Origin: a virus
Virus record (IMG/VR): IMGVR_UViG_3300037067_017075
Location: 3,916 to 67,915 of that record
DNA: 64,000 bases
Direction: 5' to 3' (one strand)
The stretch's first letter is position 1. Every line of letters starts with the position of its first letter. Shown here one piece after another: positions 17,826-26,049 of this stretch. A program made the position numbers and the translations under genes. The notes beneath the pieces were generated by a model that was given only the letters and a program-made list of their open reading frames with translations, was not told the DNA's origin and did no database searches.

Positions 17826-19169
17826 TTAGCACCCGTAGGGACGCGATTCATCGCGTCCGTCTCTCTCCACCTCCATTATTGCCCGTCCGAAGATTTCGGG
17901 GATTTGGGGGACAACGGCGTTTCCGAGGGCTTTAAGTCGGTGTGTTCGACCCGCTGATGTTTTATTCTTTTGTTTCTGAACGGAAACGGAGACGTCCCTT
18001 TTCGTCTCGGGTTCGCCGGATATTCCGTGAGTTCTGTGTACCCTATCGGATACCCCATCATCCACTCGACAAAGGCGGGCTGCAACTTGAGGCCACGGCT
18101 CGTCCCACGATTCACTTTGATCTTTCCGCTTATTGCCGACAGCGTGTTCTGTATCCCGTACATCGGTGCGTCCGGGCCTCTCTGTGTTTCGCCTTTCCAG
18201 TCCCGGCCCTTGGGCGTCGGCAACATGGTAGTCGATTCCCTCAAAAAATCCGACCCACTTTCCACAGTCCGGGCAGTACCCTCTTTCCCATTCCCAACTT
18301 GTGTCCGGATACCACCCGTCACAATGGGGGCAGTATTGATAGCCGTCTGGATGTTCTGTCCCCCCTCCCCGTGTTCCCCCGCCCCCGTGTGGCAGTTCCC
18401 GTGAGGGGTCGGTAACATATTGATCGCCAGACCGAGCGGAGGGGTCGATACGAGGCCCGCCTTGTGCCGACGAGTCCACGATTCCTCCGTTTCGTTCGTC
18501 ATCTTCGATGGGCGCGGCGTGGGGAGCATCGACAGGCTCTTCATTACATCGTGTAGTTGTGCCCCGTGGCTCACGCCCTGCTTGCTCACTCTCTTGAACC
18601 CCGACGGGGTCCGCATCGCCTCCACCGCCCCACCCGACACGTCCTTCGTCGATGGCGTGGGAAGCATCCGATTCTGGATGCGTAAATCCATGCTCGGAGT
18701 TTTGAGCAATAATCCACACCCTGTCTCGTCTGTGCGGGGCATTGACGGCACAAGCCGGTATAACAAACGTCCCGACTTCGTAGCCGATACCCTCCAGGTC
18801 AGATATACTTTGGTCGAGGCCCATATTGATGAAGCCAGCAACATTCTCGCCAATGACCCAACGAGGCCGGAGCTCGTCAATGACACGGAACATTTCCGGC
18901 CAGAGGTGACGGTCATCTTCCGTGCCCCGGCGCTTCCCGGCAACGGAGAACGGCTGACAGGGGAACCCCCCACAGATAAGGTCAACTGGTTCGAGGTTGT
19001 GTTTCCCGACTTCTTTGACATCCCTATACCTTTTTACATTCGGCCAATGTTTGGCGAGAACCTTGTTGCAGAAATCGTCGATTTCAACCTGCCACTTGAC
19101 CGTCATACCAGCACGTTCAAGGCCGAGGTCAAAGCCACCGATGCCGGAAAAGAGTGAACCCGCTTTCAC
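17826..19169 (-). CDS. dcm: DNA cytosine-5 methyltransferase, alpha chain
   Basis: SLFSGIGG (motif I), GGFPCQPFS (IV), ENV (VI), HRRDRVW (VIII), LKALGNAVVP (X). Confidence 0.93.
   Translation of the reverse strand: MKAGSLFSGIGGFDLGLERAGMTVKWQVEIDDFCNKVLAKHWPNVKRYRDVKEVGKHNLEPVDLICGGFPCQPFSVAGKRRGTEDDRHLWPEMFRVIDELRPRWVIGENVAGFINMGLDQSISDLEGIGYEVGTFVIPACAVNAPHRRDRVWIIAQNSEHGFTHPESDASHAIDEGRVGWGGGGDADPVGVQESEQAGREPRGTTTRCNEEPVDAPHAAPIEDDERNGGIVDSSAQGGPRIDPSARSGDQYVTDPSRELPHGGGGTRGGGTEHPDGYQYCPHCDGWYPDTSWEWERGYCPDCGKWVGFFEGIDYHVADAQGPGLERRNTERPGRTDVRDTEHAVGNKRKDQSESWDEPWPQVAARLCRVDDGVSDRVHRTHGISGEPETKRDVSVSVQKQKNKTSAGRTHRLKALGNAVVPQIPEIFGRAIMEVERDGRDESRPYGC
17832..17859 (+). repeat. Family B (GTAG-type) REP-like palindrome in the dcm 3' end
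   Basis: CCCGTAG-GGACGCGAT TC ATCGCGTCC. Confidence 0.8.
17876..19021 (-). CDS. Overlapping alternative-frame C5-MTase beta chain (TRD-like repeats plus motif IX)
   Basis: 381 aa ORF nested in dcm; four MLPTP modules; LQPAFVEWMMGYPIGYT motif IX-like segment. Confidence 0.8.
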   Translation of the reverse strand: MSKKSGNTTSNQLTLSVGGSPVSRSPLPGSAGARKMTVTSGRKCSVSLTSSGLVGSLARMLLASSIWASTKVYLTWRVSATKSGRLLYRLVPSMPRTDETGCGLLLKTPSMDLRIQNRMLPTPSTKDVSGGAVEAMRTPSGFKRVSKQGVSHGAQLHDVMKSLSMLPTPRPSKMTNETEESWTRRHKAGLVSTPPLGLAINMLPTPHGNCHTGAGEHGEGGQNIQTAINTAPIVTGGIRTQVGNGKEGTARTVESGSDFLRESTTMLPTPKGRDWKGETQRGPDAPMYGIQNTLSAISGKIKVNRGTSRGLKLQPAFVEWMMGYPIGYTELTEYPANPRRKGTSPFPFRNKRIKHQRVEHTDLKPSETPLSPKSPKSSDGQ

Positions 19170-20551
19170 GTTTTAATCAGTTCTCCCTGCACCGGCTCGT
19201 CCCCTGGCTCGCGCGGCGCTTCCGGCGCGGGCCCGGCCTCCGGCGCTGGACCAAGATCGGGCGGTAATGGATCCCCTGGTCCTTTCGGCTCCGAGCACGG
19301 CTCCACGGCCGGCGTCGGCTCTGCCGGAGGAGCAACGGCCGCCCCCGTGAACTTCGACTCGTCAAAGTCGTCGGAGTCGTCTTTGATCCCCTCGGCGGCC
19401 CGCTTCTGCTCCCGCAATAGGTATTCCTGTTCTCGGACCTTGTCTACAACGTCAAGATTGGGATCGGCGCGGAACGCAGCACAAACATCCTTGATGCAGA
19501 ACTCGAGCAACTCGACCCCGTCCCGTAGATCTTCGATATGCATATCCTTGATAACCGCTCCCGTCCCACTCCCAAAAACTGCCTCGAGAAGATTTACGCG
19601 AAAGGCTTTCTCTTTACTCCCGACGTTGCCTGCGAGTTGTTCCTTTATCAGCGCGGTTTCAATCATCTCAAGCAGTTTTTCCTTTTTGTGTTTACGCTGG
19701 AAGTCGGTTTCCCCGGACGTCACAAAATTACGATATGTCTCCGACTCCGGGACCTTAATGCCGGGGCCACCAAGGTTTAGAGCGTTCCAATGCGCAGCAA
19801 AATCCTCAAATGTCGGGTTGATGAAGACCATCCCGTCCGTCATATCCGAACGATCCTTGAGCACCACGCAACCGACCTCGAGCTTTTTGTCCTTGGTCTT
19901 ATATTTCTTCCCCTCTGTTTTTACTTGTTTGAACATCTCTAAGCAAAGGCTTGGCTCATAATCGACGCCCTTTCTGGCCTTCATCTTCGTGTTTATTTTC
20001 ACGAATGATGCCTTTCCGGTTTCCTCGTTGATTTCCCTTTCCCAGACGTCTGCCGACCGACCACAAACGATGATGTGGATCTGGGCGAAGGTAAGCTTTT
20101 TGTAGAACTCACTGAGAAGTCCGTCAAGTTCTGGATATTCAAGCGGCTCCATCCTCTTCCTTTTGGCCGACTCTGGCTTGCCCTGGTTTTTCGCCTTCAA
20201 GAAGCCTTCCACCATATCTTCCCAGACGTGCGTGAAACTATCGATGATGATTACGAGACATCCCTCGGCAATGGCAAGATCAATCGTCTCCATCATGTCG
20301 TTGTATGACCGTGACCGGACGCGCTTAAGGGTATAGCCGGCCGCTTTGAACTTCGGAACCAGAAAGTCGCTCCCTACCTCCGTATCGAAAAACGCCGCTG
20401 TCCCTTTCCTCCCCGTTTTCTTCCGCTCCAGGTCAAGCAGTCCGATAGCGAATAGTCCGGCGGTAAACGTCTTACCCGTTCCCCCTTCACCGTACATGCC
20501 TATACTGGCATGAGATACCTCGTTTGATGCATCTACCAATTTAACCGTCAT
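19166..20551 (-). CDS. AAA-family ATPase (Sak4-like recombination protein)
   Basis: Walker A GEGGTGKT, DTE-GS, IIIDSFTH-W, VLKDRS. Confidence 0.8.
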   Translation of the reverse strand: MTVKLVDASNEVSHASIGMYGEGGTGKTFTAGLFAIGLLDLERKKTGRKGTAAFFDTEVGSDFLVPKFKAAGYTLKRVRSRSYNDMMETIDLAIAEGCLVIIIDSFTHVWEDMVEGFLKAKNQGKPESAKRKRMEPLEYPELDGLLSEFYKKLTFAQIHIIVCGRSADVWEREINEETGKASFVKINTKMKARKGVDYEPSLCLEMFKQVKTEGKKYKTKDKKLEVGCVVLKDRSDMTDGMVFINPTFEDFAAHWNALNLGGPGIKVPESETYRNFVTSGETDFQRKHKKEKLLEMIETALIKEQLAGNVGSKEKAFRVNLLEAVFGSGTGAVIKDMHIEDLRDGVELLEFCIKDVCAAFRADPNLDVVDKVREQEYLLREQKRAAEGIKDDSDDFDESKFTGAAVAPPAEPTPAVEPCSEPKGPGDPLPPDLGPAPEAGPAPEAPREPGDEPVQGELIKT

Positions 20552-20615
20552 CTCCCTATCCTCCCCATCTCGCCCGTTCCCGTTCTCGATGGTTGTAAAA
20601 ACCAGCGGTCCCCCG

Positions 20616-20819
20616 CTATTCGTTAAACTCCGCTATCACCTCGTTATACGACGGGATTTCGACCTTATCGAAAGCCTCATCTCCGTATGCCATTGAACTC
20701 CCCACAGCCTCACGTTGCATGTTCTCCGCGGTCATCGCGGCTATCTTCCGGTTAGCCTCGGTGCATTTTACGATGATGAGCGCGTGTGCCCGCAACGCAG
20801 CGATGATATTGTTTGTCAT
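20616..20819 (-). CDS. Hypothetical phage protein
   Basis: Coupled to the dnaB stop; MTAENMQR....MAYGDEAF motif seen in small phage proteins. Confidence 0.6.
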   Translation of the reverse strand: MTNNIIAALRAHALIIVKCTEANRKIAAMTAENMQREAVGSSMAYGDEAFDKVEIPSYNEVIAEFNE

Positions 20820-22159
20820 TATTTAAACTCCGCCTCCGTCTCCTCCATGAGGTAGATCGGCTTATCGACCTTCACGTATATCTTCCCCACCCTGCCGTCT
20901 TTGTGCTTGGCGACGATGAACTCCAGTCGCCCGCGGATCTCCTTTCGGGTTATCGGGTCGGTCCCGATGTACTTGTCGTCGTGGTGTAGAAACACCACGA
21001 TATTCGCGTCCTGCTCAATAGACCCCGAGCCCCGCAGGTCGCTCAGCACCGGCCGCGGGTCCGGGCGTTTGTCGAGGTTGCGGTTGAGCTGGCTCAAAAG
21101 CATCACGTTAACGTTGAGTTCCTTGGCCAGTTCCTTGAGCCGCCAGGTGATCTCCCCGATCTCCTCGTTTTCCGACTTCCTGCCCGGCCGCCGTACCATC
21201 TGGAGATAGTCGATCATCACGACCCCGATGTTGTGCTCGAGCACGTATTTTTTTGTCAGGAATTCGATGTCGTCGATGGTTTGGTGGGTGTTCTCGTTGA
21301 TAAACACCGGCAGTTGGCTGAAATCGGCGACGGTCTCCGTTATGTTCAGCCATTCCTCTTTCGGGAACTTGCCGTCGCGGATGGCGTAGTTGTTGATCAT
21401 GGCGTACCGCGCAATGATCCGGCGGGCGAACTCTTCCTTGGTTTGGTCGAGGCAGAAGAAGAGGATCGGCGTCTGCTTGGACAGCGTCCCCACCATGTTG
21501 ACCAGCAGCGCGGTCTTGCCCACCGACGGCCGCGCCGCCACGACGAACAACTGCCGTTTCTGGATTCCGCCGAGCTCATTGTTGATTGACGGGTAGCTCG
21601 TGTTCCATCCGGGGTGATAGTCCTTGTCTTTAAACTTGGTGGCGATGCGGTCTATCTCCGATTTCAGCGGATCGTGGATGTGGACCGTGGCATCCTTTCC
21701 CGTCTCGATGGCGATGATCTCCCGGGCGAGCTTCAAGATCAGGTCGTGCGGGTCCGATTTCGCCTCGTATGCATCCGCCTGGGCCTCGCTGCACGCCGTT
21801 ATCAGCCGCCGCAGGTTGGCATGGCGCTTGACGATCCCGGCGTAATACCGGATGTTGGCCGCCGTTGGGACGTTGTCGACCAGGGAGGCGATGTAGGGAA
21901 TGCCGCCGGCGTCGTCGAGGATGTTCTTCTCTTTGAGCAATTCGGTCAGCGTAATAAAGTCGATCGGCTGGTTGCGCTTGAACAACTCTGTCATGGCCGA
22001 GTAGATCCGGCGGTGCTGTTCTTGGTAGAAGTCCGCCGGCGCCAGCATATCCAGCACCCGGGCGATCGCCTGTTCTTCGATGAGTATTCCCCCCAGGACC
22101 GACTGCTCGGCCTCGAGGTTCTGGGGCGGTACGCGCATCATGTATGTTTTTGTTGTCAC
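20819..22159 (-). CDS. dnaB: Replicative DNA helicase
   Basis: PPQNLEAEQSVLG, AARPSVGKT, IDYLQ, LSQLNR, LSDLRGSGSIEQDA. Confidence 0.96.
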   Translation of the reverse strand: MTTKTYMMRVPPQNLEAEQSVLGGILIEEQAIARVLDMLAPADFYQEQHRRIYSAMTELFKRNQPIDFITLTELLKEKNILDDAGGIPYIASLVDNVPTAANIRYYAGIVKRHANLRRLITACSEAQADAYEAKSDPHDLILKLAREIIAIETGKDATVHIHDPLKSEIDRIATKFKDKDYHPGWNTSYPSINNELGGIQKRQLFVVAARPSVGKTALLVNMVGTLSKQTPILFFCLDQTKEEFARRIIARYAMINNYAIRDGKFPKEEWLNITETVADFSQLPVFINENTHQTIDDIEFLTKKYVLEHNIGVVMIDYLQMVRRPGRKSENEEIGEITWRLKELAKELNVNVMLLSQLNRNLDKRPDPRPVLSDLRGSGSIEQDANIVVFLHHDDKYIGTDPITRKEIRGRLEFIVAKHKDGRVGKIYVKVDKPIYLMEETEAEFK

Positions 22160-22200
22160 CGGTTAGCGTCCTTGTTTTTGTCGGCTATCAATGCTTCCTC

Positions 22201-23621
22201 TTAATCCCGGATAATCCCATAGTCGTCACATTCCTCACCAACCCATGATTCGGTCCATGTCAGAAAAAGGTCCCGATCAACCGTGCTATTAAGAAACGCC
22301 TTAAATTCGTCGCGCTTAGTATTGAAAAAATCAGAAGTTGCCCACCATTCCTTAGACCCGTCGGGGCCGACGAAGAAGTAGTGCCAACTGTTCATTTTGG
22401 ACTTAAAAATATTTGTTACCATCGCTGGCGTCGGTTTCCCATCCTGATCGTGCGAAAACAGTTCCAACGCCTTCGCGTGAGCAACCTCGGTATGTTCGGA
22501 CATAAAAGAACACACAAAAATAACATGATGCCGGTTGTATCCCATATTCGCAATCCTCTGCTATATCAGCCGCCGTACCGTGCCTCATCCGACTGATCCA
22601 GCACCTCATATTCCACATTCTCGGAATAATACTCTTTGAGCATCGCGGTCACCAGCGGCACGATCGTGGGCGTCCGCTTGTGTTCTTTATACAGGCTTAC
22701 CAGCACTCCATATATCCGCTTGCGGCTGTAACTCTTGAGCCACCGGCCCAGTATGCCGAACGGGCCCGAGCGCTTCGGAAACGGCCGGGTAGAAATGGCG
22801 TTCATCAGCGGCACCACCAGATCCCGGTACTCTATCGGCGTCATCGCGCCTAACTCTTCCGGAGTCTTGGACAGCACCTCTGGGGTTATAGGGGCGTCGT
22901 TAGGATGCTTCGGCATCGTCCCCTCCGGCCATCCCCTCTATGATCCCCTTCCGTTGAAAATCGGCCCTGATGATCTCAAAGGCACAGCGCGCGTGGATGT
23001 GTTTCTCCCCGGGGGCGCTCACCTGGCCGGTGTTGGTTTTCACCACAGCGGCAATCGAAATGTCGATCTCGCCCAATAGGTGGTCGGCGCGGCACCGGAT
23101 GATCTGGGTGTGGATCTCGTCCGATGGGTTCTCGATGAGCCTTTGGCAGTGGTCACACACGAAGCCGTTTATTTCTGTCATAGTTCAATTCCCTTTATAC
23201 GACAGAAGGCACGGAGACAAACATACTCAAGCGTTGGGCCGTCAGTACAAACACAATGTCCATCCCTTTCGCCGTTCGTGTACCTATGCCCGACCCCGAG
23301 TATTACTGATTTGGGATAATAGTGAATATCAATTTCATTATGAGGTTCGTCGATTTCTCTCAGTTTTTTCATTAGCCACGAGAGGGACGGGAGAAGGATC
23401 GAGTTTTCGCGCTGGGCCGTAAGGCATTCATGGTAATCGAGCATATAATAAGAGCGTGTGACTCCAAACGCATCCGTCTTTGATTCAAATCGAAGATTCC
23501 TTATCAAGTGTGGAGCAAGATCATTGCCGTTCATCATCCACATCCCAACTTCCGGCTCTATCTCATCCTGGATTTTTGCGGCAAGGTCGATGAATTCTTT
23601 GGTGTAGATTTCATTTATCAT
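22201..23621 (-). CDS. Four hypothetical genes (22201-22545, 22566-22916, 22900-23181, 23178-23621)
   Basis: Co-oriented, closely spaced or overlapping ORFs with RBSs; no recognisable domains. Confidence 0.6.
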
Positions 23622-23914
23622 TGTTCACCTATAGAACGGTTTATAGAGGGGGTGTTTATAATAAACCTCTCAGCTCCCTCGCGTTGCGCTGCTTCGCAGC
23701 CGCAAGCTTCTGTTCTCTTGTAGCACGGAGAGAGAACTTGTCTTGGGTACTTCCGTGTTCTAAAGACCCAACCCCCCCACCCCCTTCCCAGGGAACACGG
23801 AACCCGGGAGAGGGCAAAACTCAGCACCGTCCTTCTACGTCGGTTCACCGACAGAAGGTAGAAAGGAAGAAAAATTCGCGCGCGCTGCGAAAATGAAAAA
23901 ACGCCGTATAGGCG

Positions 23915-24142
23915 TTAGGCTGCTTCGGGTTTTTCGTTCCTGGCGATCGCGGCGTTGGCCCAGAATATCGCCGTTTCGAGGTTCGTGAGGGCAACCGCCT
24001 GCTCCCGGCTGTCGGGAGTTGTCTCGGCTATCAGTAGGGCCAATTCCTTGCCCTTGTCTCTGATTGCCTGATAGCGCTCCTGCTGTCCGGAAACGGGTGG
24101 GTGATAGGAAAAGTCGTTTTCGATGCGTTCTCGTTTATCCAT
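23915..24142 (-). CDS. Acb2/Tad1-like helical-hairpin protein
   Basis: F-YHPP...RY..IR...SREQAVALTNLETAIFWANAAIARNE; GGAGGG RBS. Confidence 0.7.
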   Translation of the reverse strand: MDKRERIENDFSYHPPVSGQQERYQAIRDKGKELALLIAETTPDSREQAVALTNLETAIFWANAAIARNEKPEAA

Positions 24143-24175
24143 GGATCCCTCCAACGAAAAAGGCGCCGCAGTTAC

Positions 24176-24445
24176 CTACGCCGCCTGGCTGTCTTTCTTT
24201 TTAAGGTTGATCGTCATCTCGTAATCCGCGGAAAAGAAATCATCTGGAAGCCCGAGTTCCCTGATGATCGATGCGCGGACCCGGGGTGACCGGGTGATTC
24301 CCAGGACGGTAAAGCTCGCCGCCTGCCTGGATACCGGAGGAGAGGTCTTCTTTCCGATCTCCGTGCGGGTGACGTCCTTCACTTCAATGAGGACATTGAG
24401 CATCTTATGTTTACGTGCTTCCAGTAATTCCATATTTCTCTCCAT
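24176..24445 (-). CDS. Cro-like HTH regulator
   Basis: First gene after a strong promoter; VTRTEIG...VSRQAAS..VLG...IIRELGL. Confidence 0.7.
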   Translation of the reverse strand: MERNMELLEARKHKMLNVLIEVKDVTRTEIGKKTSPPVSRQAASFTVLGITRSPRVRASIIRELGLPDDFFSADYEMTINLKKKDSQAA

Positions 24446-24456
24446 TTGATGGGTAC

Positions 24457-24485
24457 AGGTTACACCCCAAAAAACCCCATGTCAA
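24457..24485 (-). promoter_or_regulatory. Sigma70 promoter of the middle operon
   Basis: TTGACA-17 bp-TAACCT. Confidence 0.75.
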
Positions 24486-25464
24486 GAAAATAATAACGCA
24501 AAACGCATTTTTTTTGGGGCCGCAATAGTCTCGCTACATATACCCCCCCATAGATCCACCCACAAACCCACGATTTCACGCCCCCCACAATAGTTTCGCT
24601 ACAAAATACACCCACACCTTCCCCCGCAACCAGCCATTTACCCATCCCCCACCCCACGCTCCACCCACTCACCCCAATTCCGCACCCAACGCGACCGCTC
24701 TCCAGGCCACCAGGGAAGAAACGCTAATTTTCCCTAATTCTCAACAAAAACAACCCAATACACGGCAATTCCACAAAACGCAGATTCCAAACCCTGGAAC
24801 GGGATTTTCAAAAGTTTCCCGATATGAGAGGTGAGGTCGTCAACCGCGGCGGGGGGGAACCCCTCCGGTCAACTAAATCTCGGGGGGCTGCGCACGTCCA
24901 AACAAATAGGTATTTGTTTGGGAATTGTGCAAAAATTGCATAGTATTGTGCAAACTTTGCACAATTGGGCACGTAGGGGGGGGCGGCAAGGCGGACCGGG
25001 CGTGTGCTGGCCCTGTCGCTGGGCTACCCATGCCCCCCTTTTTTTAGTATCCGCGCGAAAGCATTATGGACGTTGTTAGTCCGTGTGTTCTGCACTCATT
25101 GTAATCGATCTGATTACAAATGCATCATGCTAATTTATTTGTAATCAGATGGGGGCGGCGGTAGGAGCCTGGCATGGGGCAGGGGAAGGCCTGGGCCGGT
25201 TGTTTTATTTAATTACATTTATATCATTGTGATTACGTTCTGCCCGTGGTGTTGTGGGGCGTGGTGGTGGGGGGCGATGCGGTGTTGTGGTGTGTCTTGG
25301 TTCTGCTGTGTTGGTTCTGTTATTCCGAATATTCGGAATAGTTCACTCTCTCAATAATTCCGCGTTCACCCATTAACGAGTCTGTCTCTCTCTCACAGAG
25401 TACTGTAATAAGGGCGTTACTCTATAGGGGGATATACGATAAGGGGGGGTTGTTTGTGGTGGTG

Positions 25465-25635
25465 CTACCTGAGGGCCTTGGTCTGTGGTGGTGGGGGCGG
25501 GGGTCTCCGGGGCGGGCGCGTGACCTTGGCAAGGAGCTGATCACACTCACGGCAGTATACTGCGTTTCCCTCTATCTCTTCGGGTCTGTCTGGTATGCTT
25601 TCCCTATACCCGCACCGGGGACATATGATCCGCAT
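25465..25635 (-). CDS. Small zinc-ribbon protein
   Basis: CPRCG...CREC with a GGGGG RBS. Confidence 0.6.
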   Translation of the reverse strand: MRIICPRCGYRESIPDRPEEIEGNAVYCRECDQLLAKVTRPPRRPPPPPPQTKALR

Positions 25636-25658
25636 GGTGCGCCCCCCTGCCCTGCCCG

Positions 25659-25892
25659 TCAAAATGGGATGTCGTCACCCTCCGGCGGCGATCCCTGCCC
25701 TTCCTGGGCGGGTTCGGCCGGGGCGTCAACGTCAATCCCTTTTGCCTTGTAATGTTCTGTTATAATCAGCCGCACCATTTGGGCGCGTGATCGCATGCTT
25801 GCCCGTGCGTCCTGGTCTATCGCGTCGATCAACCGCGTGTCGATCCTGATTGATAAAGCCGCTTCCATGCGTTCCGTTTCTCCTTTACTCAT
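25659..25892 (-). CDS. Ribbon-helix-helix (Arc/CopG-like) regulator, probably leaderless
   Basis: LSIRIDTRLIDAIDQDARASMRSRAQMVRLII. Confidence 0.8.
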   Translation of the reverse strand: MSKGETERMEAALSIRIDTRLIDAIDQDARASMRSRAQMVRLIITEHYKAKGIDVDAPAEPAQEGQGSPPEGDDIPF

Positions 25893-25898
25893 GCCTTT

Positions 25899-26027
25899 AT
25901 GATAAATCCCCTTGTGTTTTCCTGTCAATAACAAAATGCAATTTAAAACAAAAAAAACACATTTAAACACATTTTTCTCTTGACAGGGTATTTTATTGTG
26001 TTAGAATGTATTTAAAGGAAATACATT
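25899..26027. promoter_or_regulatory. Divergent sigma70 promoters with an operator-like inverted repeat
   Basis: Leftward TTGACA-18-TATCAT (25928-25899); rightward TTGACA-16-TAGAAT with extended TG (25980-26007); AATGTATTT-N5-AAATACATT at 26005-26027. Confidence 0.75.
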
Positions 26028-26049
26028 TCAATACATAGGGGGTTTAAAG

